DNA from: Hydrolagus colliei
Taxonomy: Eukaryota
Direction: 5' to 3'
DNA: 64,000 bases
Assembly: GCA_035084275.1 (NCBI GenBank)
Contig: CM068751.1
Location: 6,758,001-6,822,000 of the forward strand
Made by a program: the position numbers and the translations under genes. This document shows positions 24,680-37,916 of the stretch, piece by piece; within the stretch, counting starts at the first letter, position 1, and each line of letters begins with the position of its first letter. The notes beneath the pieces were generated by a model that was not told where the DNA came from, did not search any database, and was given only the letters and a program-made list of their open reading frames with translations.

Positions 24680-25130
24680 CTACCCTCCAACTGGTGAGAT
24701 ATAGACCACCTTCTGCTTTCCCAATTTGCACTCGCATTTTCCATTACTGAAGTAATTTTCCAACCAATCTGCAATTCCTGTTAACATGACATGAGCCATA
24801 ATCTTCTGTATGAGACAATTGTTTGTGACCTCGCCAAAGCACATTTGAAAATACAAATGTACAAAGTTAACCACGCTGTCTACCCACATAATCTACCACT
24901 TTCCTATCTATTGTGAAGTGTTTTTCAGCATCTTTAGGTTTATATTTGCTTCTTACTTTAAATCTTTTTTTTCAAATTAATGGAAAGGGAAAGTATTAAT
25001 GATTGGCAGATGTGACCCTGCAATTTCATGATTTTCACTTCTAAAAGAGGAAGTAGGAGTAGTGAATGTGCAATCACTTCGGCGGTCTGAGATCCAATAG
25101 TGCCCGAATGTGCAGAATACACCTACAGCG
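24680..25130 (-). mobile_element. CR1 reverse transcriptase fragment
   Basis: ORF 24680..24889 VNFVHLYFQMCFGEVTNNCLIQKIMAHVM..IADWLENYFSNGK matches VDVVYLDFQKAFDKVPH.RL..K..AHG...WI.NWL..RKQ. Weaker similarity continues to about 25130. Confidence 0.75.
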
Positions 25131-25280
25131 TTCATGAGGTTAAATTAATCTATCAATTCATCCCTGCCAATTCTGTCAATTACAAAGCAATCCAAGCTTT
25201 AGCCCTTAACAGGAACGGCTCGACCGAATAATTGTTGTAAGCCATTACCACTGATCTATCTTTGAACAGTGAGTAATGAC

Positions 25281-25387
25281 CACAAATATACAGTCAACTC
25301 ACTTTACAGTACATTCTGGGAAGCGCTTCGAGAAGTCTCGAAGACGTGAAAAGCACTATGTCAAAATGCAAGGATTTTATTATTATT
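25281..25387 (+). mobile_element. SINE 3' fragment
   Basis: cacaaatatacagtcaactcactttacag...gacgtgaaaagcact...tgcaagg(att)n. Confidence 0.85.
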
Positions 25388-26399
25388 AATAATGATGTCA
25401 ATCAAACACAACCATGCCTTGAATGACTCAATATAAACCAAGCAAGTGGTCCACCAACCACGAGTTGTTCTCAAGTTGAGGCTGGTATACTTTATATGTT
25501 GCTGTTGACTTACACGGTGCAGTGTTCCTTATTCATAACAGGAGACTGCAATCCCAACAATTAGGCTTGTAATTGTACTGCTTGTCGTGATGAAGATGGA
25601 AGAGAAGATCAACTCTTGGATTCATTATCAGAACAGGAGTCGCATTAATATTTGAGTCGTAACAAGTGATGATGGCCGACCTGACATCTAATGGTTTCCT
25701 TGCACCATATTGCTGGTGAGTAGAAAGGAGAATGAGTCCTCCTAGTTGTCATTGCAGATCTATTGTTGCTTCTCTCTTTGTGTAGGAGAGTCTGTGGACT
25801 TATTGCAGTGTTTATAATTGGCCAATTTTTGACTGGATCTGTGTTTTTTGTGGTGGATATCCAGCTCCTTGATGCTTCATCAGCTAGTTGTGACAGATGA
25901 CCCTGTGATGCCAGTACATGTGTTCAAGTCCAGGTGTTAGCTATTCCTAACCTTGCTCCTTAGCATAAAATAAACCACTTTATAATTCAATACAGAAACT
26001 TAAACCTGGCTCAAAACCATTAACTGCACTTGTGTGCGGTTTCATTAAAATCCAATCTCTGTTAGATGCTGCTCTGCTTGACCCAAGGTTTTAATTCTTA
26101 AGCCAAACAAAGTAATTTGACCAAGAGGATCACTTGCTGGTCCTTTTATATAAGCTAATATATATAGGAATATATTTTTTTCCATGATAGAAAATTTTCT
26201 TTGCCATCATCGAAAGTCAAAATCAACATTAGGAGTTTCAGTTTGAATAAACAAGAGTTTGAAAAGCTTTTCCATCATCAGCAACTGTAGGTTTGTGCCC
26301 ATTCCAATAACTTCTCCATCCGACTGATGTGAGACAAGATTGATCTTGTGAAGTTTATTGATTCTTCCATTCATTTTGTTCAAGGTGTCCAGCATCATT

Positions 26400-26985
26400 T
26401 GCTCTTTGTCATCAACCTGTCCTTAAATCTCTCTCTGACTTTGATCAAATAGATATCTTAAAGGAAGTATGGTTGAAATTCAGAAAATTGAATTAATATG
26501 CTATTCAGTTTTGCTTAATTTTACTTTTGCTATTTCAATGGAAATCTAGGTCATTTTCTCAATATGCCCATCACATATTAATATATGAGTACCATCAGAG
26601 TGACTGGGCTAAGAGAGGCCAACTTGTTACTTAGCTCCTAAGTGGTTTGTCCAAATGGCCTGGTCAGACTGACAAGTTCAACCAGTGGTTGCATGTTAAA
26701 TTGGCCCAAATGTGTATTCAATTGCCTTGGAATGTGTGTGTTTTTTTTTCTTTGCTCAACTGGGCACTTTAGCACAGAAAAGGTAGAGCTCCATCTCATT
26801 CTAATTGCCCGTATCAGATGATCTGGCAGCTTGTGTTCTCTTGGGAAGTGTTTGAGCTGCTCTGTGATTTTCATGGAGCAATTGAGATACCCACAGATGT
26901 TATGAATAATGGCAATGATGCTGACCACTGTTTTTCTGGTTGACCAGAGTATTACACAGAGCAGGATGTAAAGGCAGGCTGTTTC
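26400..26985 (-). mobile_element. Decayed hAT (Ac/ZBED-like) transposase fragment
   Basis: ORF 26638..26928 ICGYLNCSMKITEQLK...HKLPDHLIRAIRMRWSSTFSVLKCPVEQRK...LVELVSLTRPFGQTT, then in frame past TAG, ELSNKLASLSPVTLMV. This follows the hAT pattern LP.HKLIQDV.TRWNST..ML.RL.EQ...L.PF...T.ELS...SLS.V.P. Confidence 0.8.
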
Positions 26986-27473
26986 ATTTGTAAACGCTTT
27001 CCTTTATTACTTTGAACACGTTCTCCCTCGTTCTCAGTGAATTTTATTACTATTAACCAAACAAATGAGTCTATCTATTCACCCGCAAAAGTGGCTATTG
27101 TTCAAAAAACTTCGCGTCTCACGATATTTGTGAGGAAAAAAAAGCCTTGTTAAAGAGCAATGACTTTGAAAGGTTGTCTCAAAGGTTTGGATCAATTAGA
27201 AGCTGTGCAACACTGACAAAATCTTCAAGGCAAATGAATAAAACTTTACTTGAAAACTGCGCTAAGATGATGGTGTCATGTAAGTAAAGATGCCATGCAG
27301 GTGGCTGTCGGAGGAAATTAAAATATTACAATGAAGCAACAGGAACACTCTAAATGTGGTCAAATTACACTTTTGTAGTAGAATAGATCCTCTTAATCCT
27401 GTATCTAACTCGCTTTGTACTTCACGTGCCAATTGAATGCAGGTCAGGTGGTCTACTGCCTGATACTGGTGAC

Positions 27474-27575
27474 AATAATAATTTAATAATCCTTGCATTT
27501 GAAAAAGCGTCTATCACGGGGGTCAAACGGTCTCACAGAATTTACTGGAATGTGGATTGTATTTTTGTAGGTAAA
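27474..27575 (-). mobile_element. Eroded SINE tail
   Basis: aataatccttgcatttga...agcgtctatcacg...tcacagaatttactg. Confidence 0.65.
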
Positions 27576-29889
27576 CAGATGCCTTGATGTTGGGTGTCAC
27601 AGGGTTTGATGTCATTTTGAATGTACAGATCTGTATACAGATTCAATGCACCTCTTGCTGTACTTGCTTCCAAAACTCTTCTTACACCTCTTCAGATCTG
27701 TATCTGCTGTCGTGTACATTTTATATCAGCCTTGACGGTCTGAATTCAATAACTCCTCCATTCTGTGTTTCCCCCCCCACCTCCACCCAACACAACGGTT
27801 ACACGATTCTCAACAAGAATCACTTTGGAAATCATGTGGGATTTGATATTGCTTTTAGTTGAGTTATCCATGAATAATGCAATGAAATTCATGCGTACCC
27901 ACAGGAAAGGGGTAAGGGATGTGCACCACTCTGTCCCTCACAAAATGGTATTTTCTGTTGGCTTTGCATAATTTCTTTTTTAAAAAGTAGAGTTCGAAGA
28001 GATTGGAGTTCTGAAACTGGATTATTTTCAGAGTTGCAAGTGAGAGTTCCTTTTGCTGTAGTGGGAGTTGGATTGCAGCTTTGTTACTACAGCTGGCACT
28101 TCTATACTGCAGAGCCCCTTGTTTTGTATTCATTTTCACTCCTTGCATCTAAGATAAAATATAACCCCAGTCACTCCCCTCCTCCCACTTTAACCATGTA
28201 TTGAAGTCCACTTCAAACAGTCCGGATAACGCTGCTTTCTTCATCATCTTGATTTCAATAGTATGCTATTTGCATCATCAGACTAGATATTGATAACCAA
28301 GTAATCAAATCCTGGTGTCAATTTACATTCCATTAATATAATTAATCTATTTTAATATAATCTGAAAAGTTATTTGGCAATGGGGAAATATACTTTTTAA
28401 AATAAGTCAGATAAATCGTACATTGAATGCAAACTATGAGCCACAATATTTTACAATTTACTCTCAAAGCAAGTTTACCCCATCAGTTATTAAAGCCAGA
28501 TCTGAGACCCACTGTCATTTTTTTGCCCCTTCTTGTTTTAACGTCTCGGTTAAGAATCGAGTTCTGTTCACATGAGTTATCATTTATCTCACAGAGCATG
28601 CAGGAAACGCAGTTTTGCCATTTTGAAAATAACAGTATTCATTAAAAAAAGAACATTCGACCGTCCGACCTTGTCTTCCAATCCCACAGCATATGCCATA
28701 AATTGGCGAATTTTGGGTTGTACCATGCTTTACCATGCTACGATGTGAATTTGTATTTCTCGTTCTCTTTAAGTTCACCGTGGAAATTGATGATATCCTG
28801 CAATATTGCTATTACCAGTTTACCAGCCACTGAGAATAATCCTTCTCCATCTGTCCTTTCAAAAAGAAAACAGTCAAATTACAAGAAAGTAAGAGGTTGT
28901 CTTGATACTCTGCTGTTTTGAAGTCCTTTTGGGATGGACAAATATTCTTTACTTGTATTTAGTTTCAGCATCTCTTGTGTTTGTTGTAATATGGGGGTGG
29001 GTGACCAAGCATCACTCACTGCCCAGAAGCTCACTGTTTTGAATGGGAAGATAACTGCAGTATATTCATGTCTTTTCAGCTATCAATTTGGTAATTGCAT
29101 AACAGCAAGCAGTCCTGATAAAAAAAAAGAATGGGTAGCAGTTTGCCTTTCTTTAGCCTCTCTGGGTTGCTATGACATTTTTCCCTCTCTGATAACAACT
29201 GTAAATCAGTTCCTTCACTGTGTTCTTGTTTTTCGCCCGTTAATCCTTATGGCATCGTTCTCATGTAGGTAATGAAACTGAATCTTGATGATAACCTCAT
29301 GGATCCCTTGTTAAGTCTATATCATTTCTTCTTTAAAACACTTGTTTGCTTCCCACAATTGTGAACATGTTGCAAGGTCCCCAGGATTGAAAATACTTTT
29401 TCCTGCTAATGGGTTATTTCCTAATAGTCAATATTAACTGGATTTTTTTCTGAAAAAAAGGATTCCAGGTGGTAGCTTGATATTCTATCTGGGTGGAATA
29501 GAACTGACTGCAACATTTAGGTATCATTTTTGAGGCTCAAAATGGGCTGAAATTACAGAGATTGACACTGTCTTCCAGTATTTTTGGGGGGACAGTTTTG
29601 TCTTCCACAGTGACAGGCCTGGTGAAACTCTGGAGCGTCAAATAGCACTTTTCAATTCTGGCTCGGAGAGTTCCTGGCTCAGTCCCCAATGTGACTTCAG
29701 GAGCTGTGCAGAGAAATATCAAATGGAGTATCGAAACATTAAATATATTAATTAATCTGTTTTAATTTCTCCTCGGGCCCCACCAATTTGGGGATAAAAT
29801 ATTTTCCTTTTTCCTTTTGCAGCCTCTAAAATTTGGGTAGGAAATTCAGGCCTCATTACAGTCCTGATGATGTGAGTCCTTATCCTGTG

Positions 29890-29922
29890 AGTCCAGCAAA
29901 GTCCAGCAAAGTCCAGCAAAGT
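29890..29922. repeat. 10-bp tandem repeat (agtccagcaa)x3
   Basis: Directly visible. Confidence 0.9.
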
Positions 29923-32900
29923 CTGCTCAATCTCAGCAGTGACTATCAAATTTATATAGCAGATCCATTTGTTTGTAAGACTTCCTTCATTTTATAATGT
30001 GTTTTTTGGCTGCAACCCAAATACTCAATTGTAATGAGGGTTCACCATATATCATTTACCCGGAATTCGTCGTATAAAAAGGTGTCATGACAACCCAGGT
30101 GGCCTAAATAAATGAGAACAGAATATTCTTAGCCAAGGAACAAGAACCAGCTGAGAAACCTTCACAGTAATGAAGTGAAATGCAGGTTGGTAAAGTAATG
30201 ATTGGGATGATTTCAGACCTTGAGGTTTAGTCCCCCTTTTGAATGCATTCTGTTGTTATTTTGAATCTAAAATGCCTCTTGATATCTTCTGCATCACAAC
30301 ACCAGTCATCTGATCTCAAGACTTTCCCCACTGACAGACGTTAACTCACCTAATTGCAATTCCTGCTACACTCGGTGCTCTCACGAATACCTGCATTGAT
30401 GAAGAAATGTCACTGAACCACATCTTAAAGGTTATTTTTTTTCCCTTCTATATCCCAGCATTATCATAGATCTAGATGAATAATCGTATCTATTTATATT
30501 TCCTGCCTTCACAGAATCGTACCAGACATGTCCTTAGCTAAAACCTTCTCCATGAAATGTGTGACTAGATTGACAAAAATCAAATGAGAATTTTAAACAC
30601 AGTTTAAATATTTTCAGACAGAGTAATAAAAGTTCCTAATTACCGAATATGCATTAAAGATTTAATGCTCATTGATAGCTTTGAAGAAGCGTAACTTTAA
30701 AAAGTGTATAAAATTGTATAAATGCACATTTGTTATCAGGGATCACTGGCAGAAATCAGGAAAAGGTATTGTGGCTGATCTTTGCTGCTGTTACTACACT
30801 GAAGGGGGTATTCTCAAAGCTGTTTGTAGAAGTCTGTTATAATACATTTTTTTTTGAAGAATCATATAATTTGGCAGCACAAATGATCCAAATTGTGTGG
30901 TTGCATTCTGCTCACACTTTTGAACACCAGTGGGACTCTTTGCTTCTTTACAGATGTGAAATATTGTATAAAAGAGGGGGACAAACATAGTCTGATGTTA
31001 TTAATTAAAAAATATTATTAAACGGCTACAGTAAATATGTAATTTTAATAAAATTAGCAGAGCGAAACCTTCCTTCACACTAGAATTAAAAAGAAAGGAA
31101 GGAAATTCATGGAGGAGCGAAGGTTCTTTTTACTTCATGGTGTTTGTTAGCTACACCAAACATTTTAGTGTGCACTTACAATGGAAAATCCATGTACTGC
31201 ATTCAAATTGTTCAGATCATAGCCTTTAATGCTCAATTTCCATACTTGGACTTCAAAACAACGGTTCGAGGGGCACTTTGGATGGCTAACATGATCTGTA
31301 CATTTGCAGAAATTGTCACAAAAAATAGTGGCGGTTCTGTTAACACGAATTTAACACGGAGGAGGGAGGGAGGGTGGGGAGGAACAAACAAATAAATTAC
31401 TTTGGGAACAAAACACTTATCATCCAGTTGTCAACAATCTTTCCCCATAATAACATCAGTTGAAAAAACTACTGGTTGGATAGAAAATGATCTATTTCTT
31501 ATAATAATCCCATGCAGCCTGTGAGAATATATTGCAATAATGTAGAAATGTTCCATACATTCTGCAGTTACAATGAAACAAGTATATGGCTACAGATCTG
31601 GTGTTAAAAAAAGTGTCCAGTAGAAAATTTAATATTTATTGTAGCCATTGAATAATATTTTTACAGTGTTCAGTTGTACTATATTAATTCTAAACATGAA
31701 AAAACAATAGATAAAATTATGTATTGTGAGCTAAAACAATAAAACCTAATGCTTTCTAAATATTGAGTCTGCTCAAGTCATTTTGAACAAAATCTTTCTC
31801 ATTTCCAGCCTACCAAACAATTTTACTCAAGCCTGCTTTTGGTTCACTCACTCCACTCAAAGACGAAACAGTCATAATCAGTTACCAGTTCTATTCTGCT
31901 AAATTTCATGTAGTTGTAAAGAGTACAGGGATGTTCTTACTGCTGCTGAGTATGATATTCCGATGGCCTTGTCCCTTCTGCAGAACCACCATTTTCCAGA
32001 TTTATCTCTGTAGCTTTCCATCATCTGTTACAAACACTCTTGACCAATAGGTAATGAAATACTGTAGTTGCACACAAAAATCTGAATTCTACCCAGATGT
32101 ATTAAGTTTTTTTCATGAAGTCATATCCGGAATGTTACTGATAGAGTTTAGCAAATGATAATTCTAATCCCCATGTTTCAGAAATATGGAAAACAAATTT
32201 TTTGTTCCTTAGAGAAATCTATATTTAAAATATGATTTACTTATTCCACTTTCATATTAATGAAGTTTGTTTTATATAACTTGAAGTTGCCACTTCCCCA
32301 GCATTCAAACATGTGAATGTTATAATCCTAGGATTCGTTTGAATGTTAGTTTGAAAATGATGATGAAAGACATTAATGTTGGCTTGATACCGGATATTTT
32401 CAGATTCGTAGCCAGGATGAATGGTAAAATGTGGTTTATTTTACGTTGCAAAAAGGAATTACGAGCAAAAAATTAACATGAACCTCAAGATTTGTGGATT
32501 TAAAAAGTTAAATCCTGTTAATTTATGTATGAATTGTACTCATGTATGGTTATTTCCCTCTGATATTCAGTAAAAAAGTATCTCATATCAGTTCAACCTC
32601 ACACAACATTGAAAAAAAAAGGTATGAAATAAGAAGTGCGAGATCGTTTGGTTCATTTACAACTTGCACTATCATAGACTTTGCACAACCTAATCTCCTG
32701 GGGGAGCTGAATATTCATATGTAAATATTGCAAAAAAAAAAGCACTTTGAAATTTCTCACTGACCCCAAACGTAATCTGGAAAAACTCCAAGATATCAAT
32801 TTAACATTACAGTCTACATTCAACCCTGACCAGATGCATTCCATAGATGATGTTTCCATGAATCCAGCAACACAAGATCTATCAGATTCCATTGAGTATT

Positions 32901-33079
32901 TGTTCATCTATGTCTACACTTTTTCTGACAAACTGATATTTATCCACACTTTTTTTCAAAGCTTTTAATGGGACTCAATTACACACATCTGCTTCTTGGT
33001 CACGAAATAATCCTCTAAAGTCTAAACTATTGGGTCAGTGAGGACTTTTTTTTCTGTACCTTGTCTATGAGTACAATTC

Positions 33080-33360
33080 TAATTCGCATCTATTTATGTT
33101 ATCCAAGCCTTTCAAAATATTGAAGACCTTGTCTTGAATCCCTCCAAATCATTTTCCCAGTAAACAAAAATCATGCTGTAGTCCTTGCTTTCAAAGAAGG
33201 TTCTTGGATTCACACTTCTTCCTGTTGCCCGAAATCTCTCTAATCAGAGAATCAGAGACTTTTTCAAGGTTAAAAATCCCCAAATAGCACTGACACACAT
33301 GCATACTTACCAGGGACTTACAAAGAGTTAAAATAATCTGTTTTAATTTACAATCAAATA
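33080..33360 (-). mobile_element. Eroded CR1 ORF2 C-terminal fragment
   Basis: ttatccaagcctttcaaaatattgaagacctt...atccctc is antisense to a G....VFNILKGLDN stretch (cf. GDLIEVFKILKGLD). Confidence 0.55.
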
Positions 33361-33850
33361 CTTTCAAAGTTCATCACAGTATTTGATAATGGCTTCACAT
33401 TGACTGGAATACGGCTGTCATTTGAACCAACTGGTACTGACATGGATGCCTTGTAGGTGAATGCTATGTTGGTGCACTAAGATTTAGAGTAGTAAATGCC
33501 TCATCTCAGTGTAACACCATTGGCTTTGCAGGCTCCGACTTGACTGTGTTTGCCCTCTCTGCCTAGAATCACTTTTCTAACCTAGTGGTAAAATCACATC
33601 TTACCATATACCACATGATGAAGTCATGGGTTCCTGACATGTGGATGCACGTTTGATATTCCAAGATAAAACTGATACGCTCCTCATTGTATGAGGCATT
33701 GACTATGCGCCCTAACATGATTGAGTTTGCCCAGAATTATTTTCTGTGCGGTGGAGGAATGGAGTTTTTTTTAAAAAAAAGTTGCTGATGAGTATAAAAT
33801 TATCTCTCTATGGGAACTACAGACTTGAAACTTGTATTCAACTTGTATTC

Positions 33851-33911
33851 AAGCGCTCTGAGACGCCGTCCGGCGTGGAGGGCGCTACATAAATCAAAGT
33901 TGTTGTTGTTG
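33851..33911 (+). mobile_element. Type-B retroposon tail-only insertion
   Basis: aagcgctctgagacgccgtccggcgtggagggcgctacataaatcaaag(ttg)n forms an intact stem-loop. Confidence 0.85.
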
Positions 33912-35658
33912 ACCATTGATGATGAAGCATTCAATAGACTTCTTGGCCTTCTGCATTATTTACTTGTTACGTAAATGTCTAGTTCAAAGTGCTTTTGTAC
34001 ATTAAGTAATGTTCATTAGTGAGTGCAGAGTAAAGAATGTTCATGTAACTAGATGAATGAAATTGATGTTTAGATGAATACAAAACGGGAGGCATAATGT
34101 AATAGAGAGCTCTTATAAGAGTATTTTGTTTGTAGGAATATTTTAACTCCCTAATCATGTTGTAAGAATCTTGTTCTGCTTGTAAACCCCTATAAAAATT
34201 ATTTTGTGCAAATGGGCCGTTCTTTCATGCAGTACCTTGCCAAGCATTGTTTTTTTACCACAAACAATTGTTAACACCTTCATTCAGTTGATGTTCCATG
34301 ATAGTAAAGTACATAATTATTTACGGGTGTTTGAAACATCAATACTTCACAAATGCTACAGGCGCAAATGACTTCTATTCCATTCTGCACAGACCGTAGG
34401 TTAGCTTACTTAACCTCCAAACCCAGGGGACAGTGCGTTTAGTTTGCCGCTCATTACCATTGCACAGGATTTCTGATTTTCCATCTCACGCCTTGTGATT
34501 CTGAATGTGGAAATCACTTCCTGTGAGACTTGAGATAATTTGTAATCTTAAAGAGTTGCATTACACTCTAATAGGGTCTAAAAGTTTTTTTTAATGAAAT
34601 TTAGACAGCAAAATATATAACTTGCTTGTTGTTTCATCCCATCGTGTTGCTCTTTGAAATACCGCTTATTCAAGTTTTTTTAAAATGTTTTGGCTGGCCT
34701 GATGATATTGAAAGGCTTCTTTTGCCAGATAGGCTTTTACATGTCTAACCACGGCTGCTGTTATTTTCTTTCGCTAACTCCTTATCTTCAGACAGTACGT
34801 GTCAGGGCCATAGTTGTTGATTGGGTTTACAGTTTATGTCATGGTATGCATATATTTACTGAAAACAACCCTGACTTGACTGAGAACTTCACTGGCTTCT
34901 GAAATTGGCAGCACAATACATGTGCTACAGTCGTTTGTCCTGAATCACCTGAATTGTTTGTTGTGCAGTGAAGCTTCCTGTATAACTTAGTGTTCAAGCA
35001 ATTCACATATAATGAATTACTCACCCTCAGCTTTACAAAGCGGTATTACATTTTGGAAAAGCAACAGGAAATAGGAGCAAGGATTGAGGGAAATATTGAC
35101 AAGTGTAGAACCGTGCAAAGAAAATGGGCAAAGTCTGAAATCTTATTCAGCTTCATAGTGTTGAACCAAAATCCCAATACAATGAGCAAAATGCATAAAA
35201 AATGTATTTTTGTTTCCAAAATTCAACATTGTCTTGTGAAGTACAAGACATTTTTAAAAGTAGTTCAATCTGACAAATAAAATTATTTCAACAAAGGCAA
35301 TTTACTTTTAGCAATGAACCACAATACCATTTCCAATATTGAAATGCATTAGTTAATTTGGGTTTGCAGTTCTCAACATAAGCTGCTGCTGCCTAAATAT
35401 TCTAAGTGCCACAAAAGTTAAACTAATGTTAGATATTCAGCCTTGATCACTTATGGTTAATAACCAGATGTTTTAATAACCAGATGTTTTGTCCGGAAGC
35501 TGAAGTGGAGAGTACTGGCTTTTATTGCCATTGTGAAGTGAAACCTCTCTCTCTTCTTTCATTAATGAAAGACCCAACCTACACTGGATTGTTCATTTCG
35601 CAAAACTGGAGTTGACTTTATCTTTCTATTCGGACTGCGCAAACTCCCATTTCCTTTG

Positions 35659-35770
35659 AATAATAATCATCCTTGCATTTGATTGCACTTTTCACGTCCT
35701 CTAGACGTCTCAATGACGCTTCACTGAATATACTGAAAGTGGAATTGACTATATCTATGTGGGCGAAACA
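35659..35770 (-). mobile_element. SINE tail fragment abutting an L2 copy
   Basis: Matches the SINE 3' ~110 nt up to gtgggcgaaa, where the L2 (AAC)n tail begins. Confidence 0.85.
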
Positions 35771-35771
35771 T

Positions 35772-36310
35772 ACAACAACAATAACAACACAATTACACTT
35801 AGATAGCGCCTTTCACATCAGGAAGATGTCACAAGGTGCTGGACAGTCATTGTTTCAGACCCAAGCTGAGAATAGGGAGGGTGGAGGGAAAGGGAGGGAT
35901 TTGGAGTGACCAATGGGGACGTCAAAGAAGAGGGTTTTGAGGCGGGCCTTGAAGGAGGCCAGGGAGGGGGCAAGGCGTAGGGTCTGTGGGATGAAGTTCC
36001 AGAGGTTGAGGGCAGAGTGACTGAAGGATCGCCTGCCAACGGTGGGGCGGATAGGGCGGGGGACATGGAGCAAGCCGGAGCCTGCTGAACGGAGGTGGTG
36101 GGCAGGTTGGTAGGGGATTAGGAGGTCGGCGGATATAGGGTGGGGCGAAGACATGAAGGGATCCTTGAATTGGATCCTCTAGATGATGGGGAGCCAATGA
36201 AGTCAGGCAAGGATGGGAGAGATGGGGTTATGAAGCTTGGAGCGGTGGAGGACACAGGCCACAGAATTTTAGATGATCTGCAACCTGTGAAGGGAGGAAT
36301 TGGGAAGGCA
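35772..36310 (-). mobile_element. 5'-truncated L2 LINE (older subfamily)
   Basis: ORF 35855..36154 DLLIPYQPAHHLRSAGSGLLHVPR...GRRSFSHSALNLWN.IPQTLR....ASFKARLKT, with a tail and stem-loop. It aligns with 53113-53861. Confidence 0.93.
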
Positions 36311-36745
36311 ATGATAAATCCACTTAATTTTTGCACCCCTATGTTGTTTTGAGATATGTATGGAATGATTAACAGTTGCATTTAGAGATGAGAATGTGCA
36401 GAATTTAAATATGTTTTTTTGGGGGGGGGTGTGGGTGGGGTTAAGCCGGGGATCTGACACAAGCAGAAACCCATTACCTCGCTTAAGAGTATCCAAACAA
36501 AGCTGAGATTTCCATGCATCCCACCTACACATGGAAATCCCACGGATAAATTGTTCAAGTGAATTGATATGTGGAACCACACTCTAGGGCCATTTCAGAT
36601 GACAAAAAAACAAGGTTTTTTCCAACTTGGATCATTGTTCTCTGGCTTTTAAAAAGAAATGGCAAAGGATAAAACATGGCAGCCAAGTATTTAGTACACA
36701 TTGGTTTTCTAGTGGTGTTAGCCTATTCTGCAATGATTCAGCGTA

Positions 36746-37051
36746 GAGTCCTTAGCTCAGAGGTTAGTACACTCGCCTTACAAGCGAGAGACCTGGGTTT
36801 GATTCCAGGCAAGGCGAAAACTTGGGCAGGTTTCCTTCCTCCACACGCCTGATAATAATCACTCAAAAAAAAAAGAATAAATTGGTAATTTCAATCCATG
36901 ACTCTTTTTGATACACCACTGTGCGCAATTGGCTGCCGCATTTCGCCCACAAATATAGTCAATTCACTTTACAGTATATTTTGTGACATGCTTTGAAAAG
37001 TTAGAAGATGTGATAATGCGCTATATCAAATGCAAGGATTATTATATTATT
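36746..37051 (+). mobile_element. Full-length SINE (dominant family)
   Basis: tagctcagaggttag...ctcgccttacaagcgag...gggtttgattcc head, body and tail. Confidence 0.93.
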
Positions 37052-37916
37052 CTTATTCTGATACAGGTGCCGGAGATCCTGATTGCAATAGATTTTTGCT
37101 GTTTAGAGGAGTGTATGTATCTATTTGTAATAGTAGGGAAGCATAAGACACATGTTCCCTTGTCCACTGACAATCAGCAGATCACTGATTGGATTTGTAG
37201 CTTTGGTTTCATGAATGTTTGAACTTCAGGGACTCTGTGGTCAAAACTGCCCTCTACAGAAAATGTCTATTTCCAGTCTCATAACTTTTGATATGTTTGC
37301 CACCAATTTCACCTCGCTTCGTCATTGTATTAGATATTCAAAGCAGATATCTATAATTTAAGTCTTTTATTTCTAAAAGAGCAACGTGGACTATGAAAAG
37401 ACCAAGGTGTTTTCTTAATGTGTGTTTTTTTCATATATTTTGCATATCCTTCAAATGCTGGAGAGGTCTGGTCAGGTTTAATTGGTTTATGTTGGGTCAC
37501 TGCAAGCATTAAAATTCATAGAAGTCAGAAACACATTCACAAACATGACTTGCATGTTCCATCAGTACTCTCTGGTTCTGAAGCCGTCTAAGTTGATTAG
37601 CTCGACTTTACAATCGCTGCCATAAAACTAGAAGCGATTCCATTTAAGCAAAAGAAATCAGGAAACAGGAAGTTCCAGGAGAGCTACACCATTCCTCTGT
37701 GTGCAATCTATTGATGTGTACACAGGTGCATGTATATTCAGGCCTGTTGCATGTGGCCACATCCACAGCATGGTGGATTGGTTTCTATCTCTTTAACACC
37801 CCCTTTACACTTTTGCAGAGTAAATAAAGTGATAAAGGGGCTGATGTTTAATTTGCAGAGGAGATTATAAAGGCAATCCCATTAGAAATTGTTGCATATT
37901 GAACTCCATTGTCAAA

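Noticed and set aside
29580-29645. Peptide IFGGTVLSSTVTGLVKLWSVK, reminiscent of a WD40 repeat
   Set aside because: It is followed immediately by a stop, has no donor site and no further repeats.
35457-35490. Short tandem duplications (also about 33829-33852, 52557-52583, 63170-63204, 10680-10709)
   Set aside because: Ordinary slippage duplications of two units, with no spacers, so not CRISPR-like.
36746-36812. tRNA-like sequence with a TAC anticodon arm (also 7264, 37917, 63330)
   Set aside because: It continues into the SINE body with no acceptor stem. These are SINE heads, not tRNA genes.
37290-37302. tgatatgtttg (miR-190-like) and tagcagca at about 11184 (miR-15/16-like seed)
   Set aside because: Seed-length matches only, with no precursor context.
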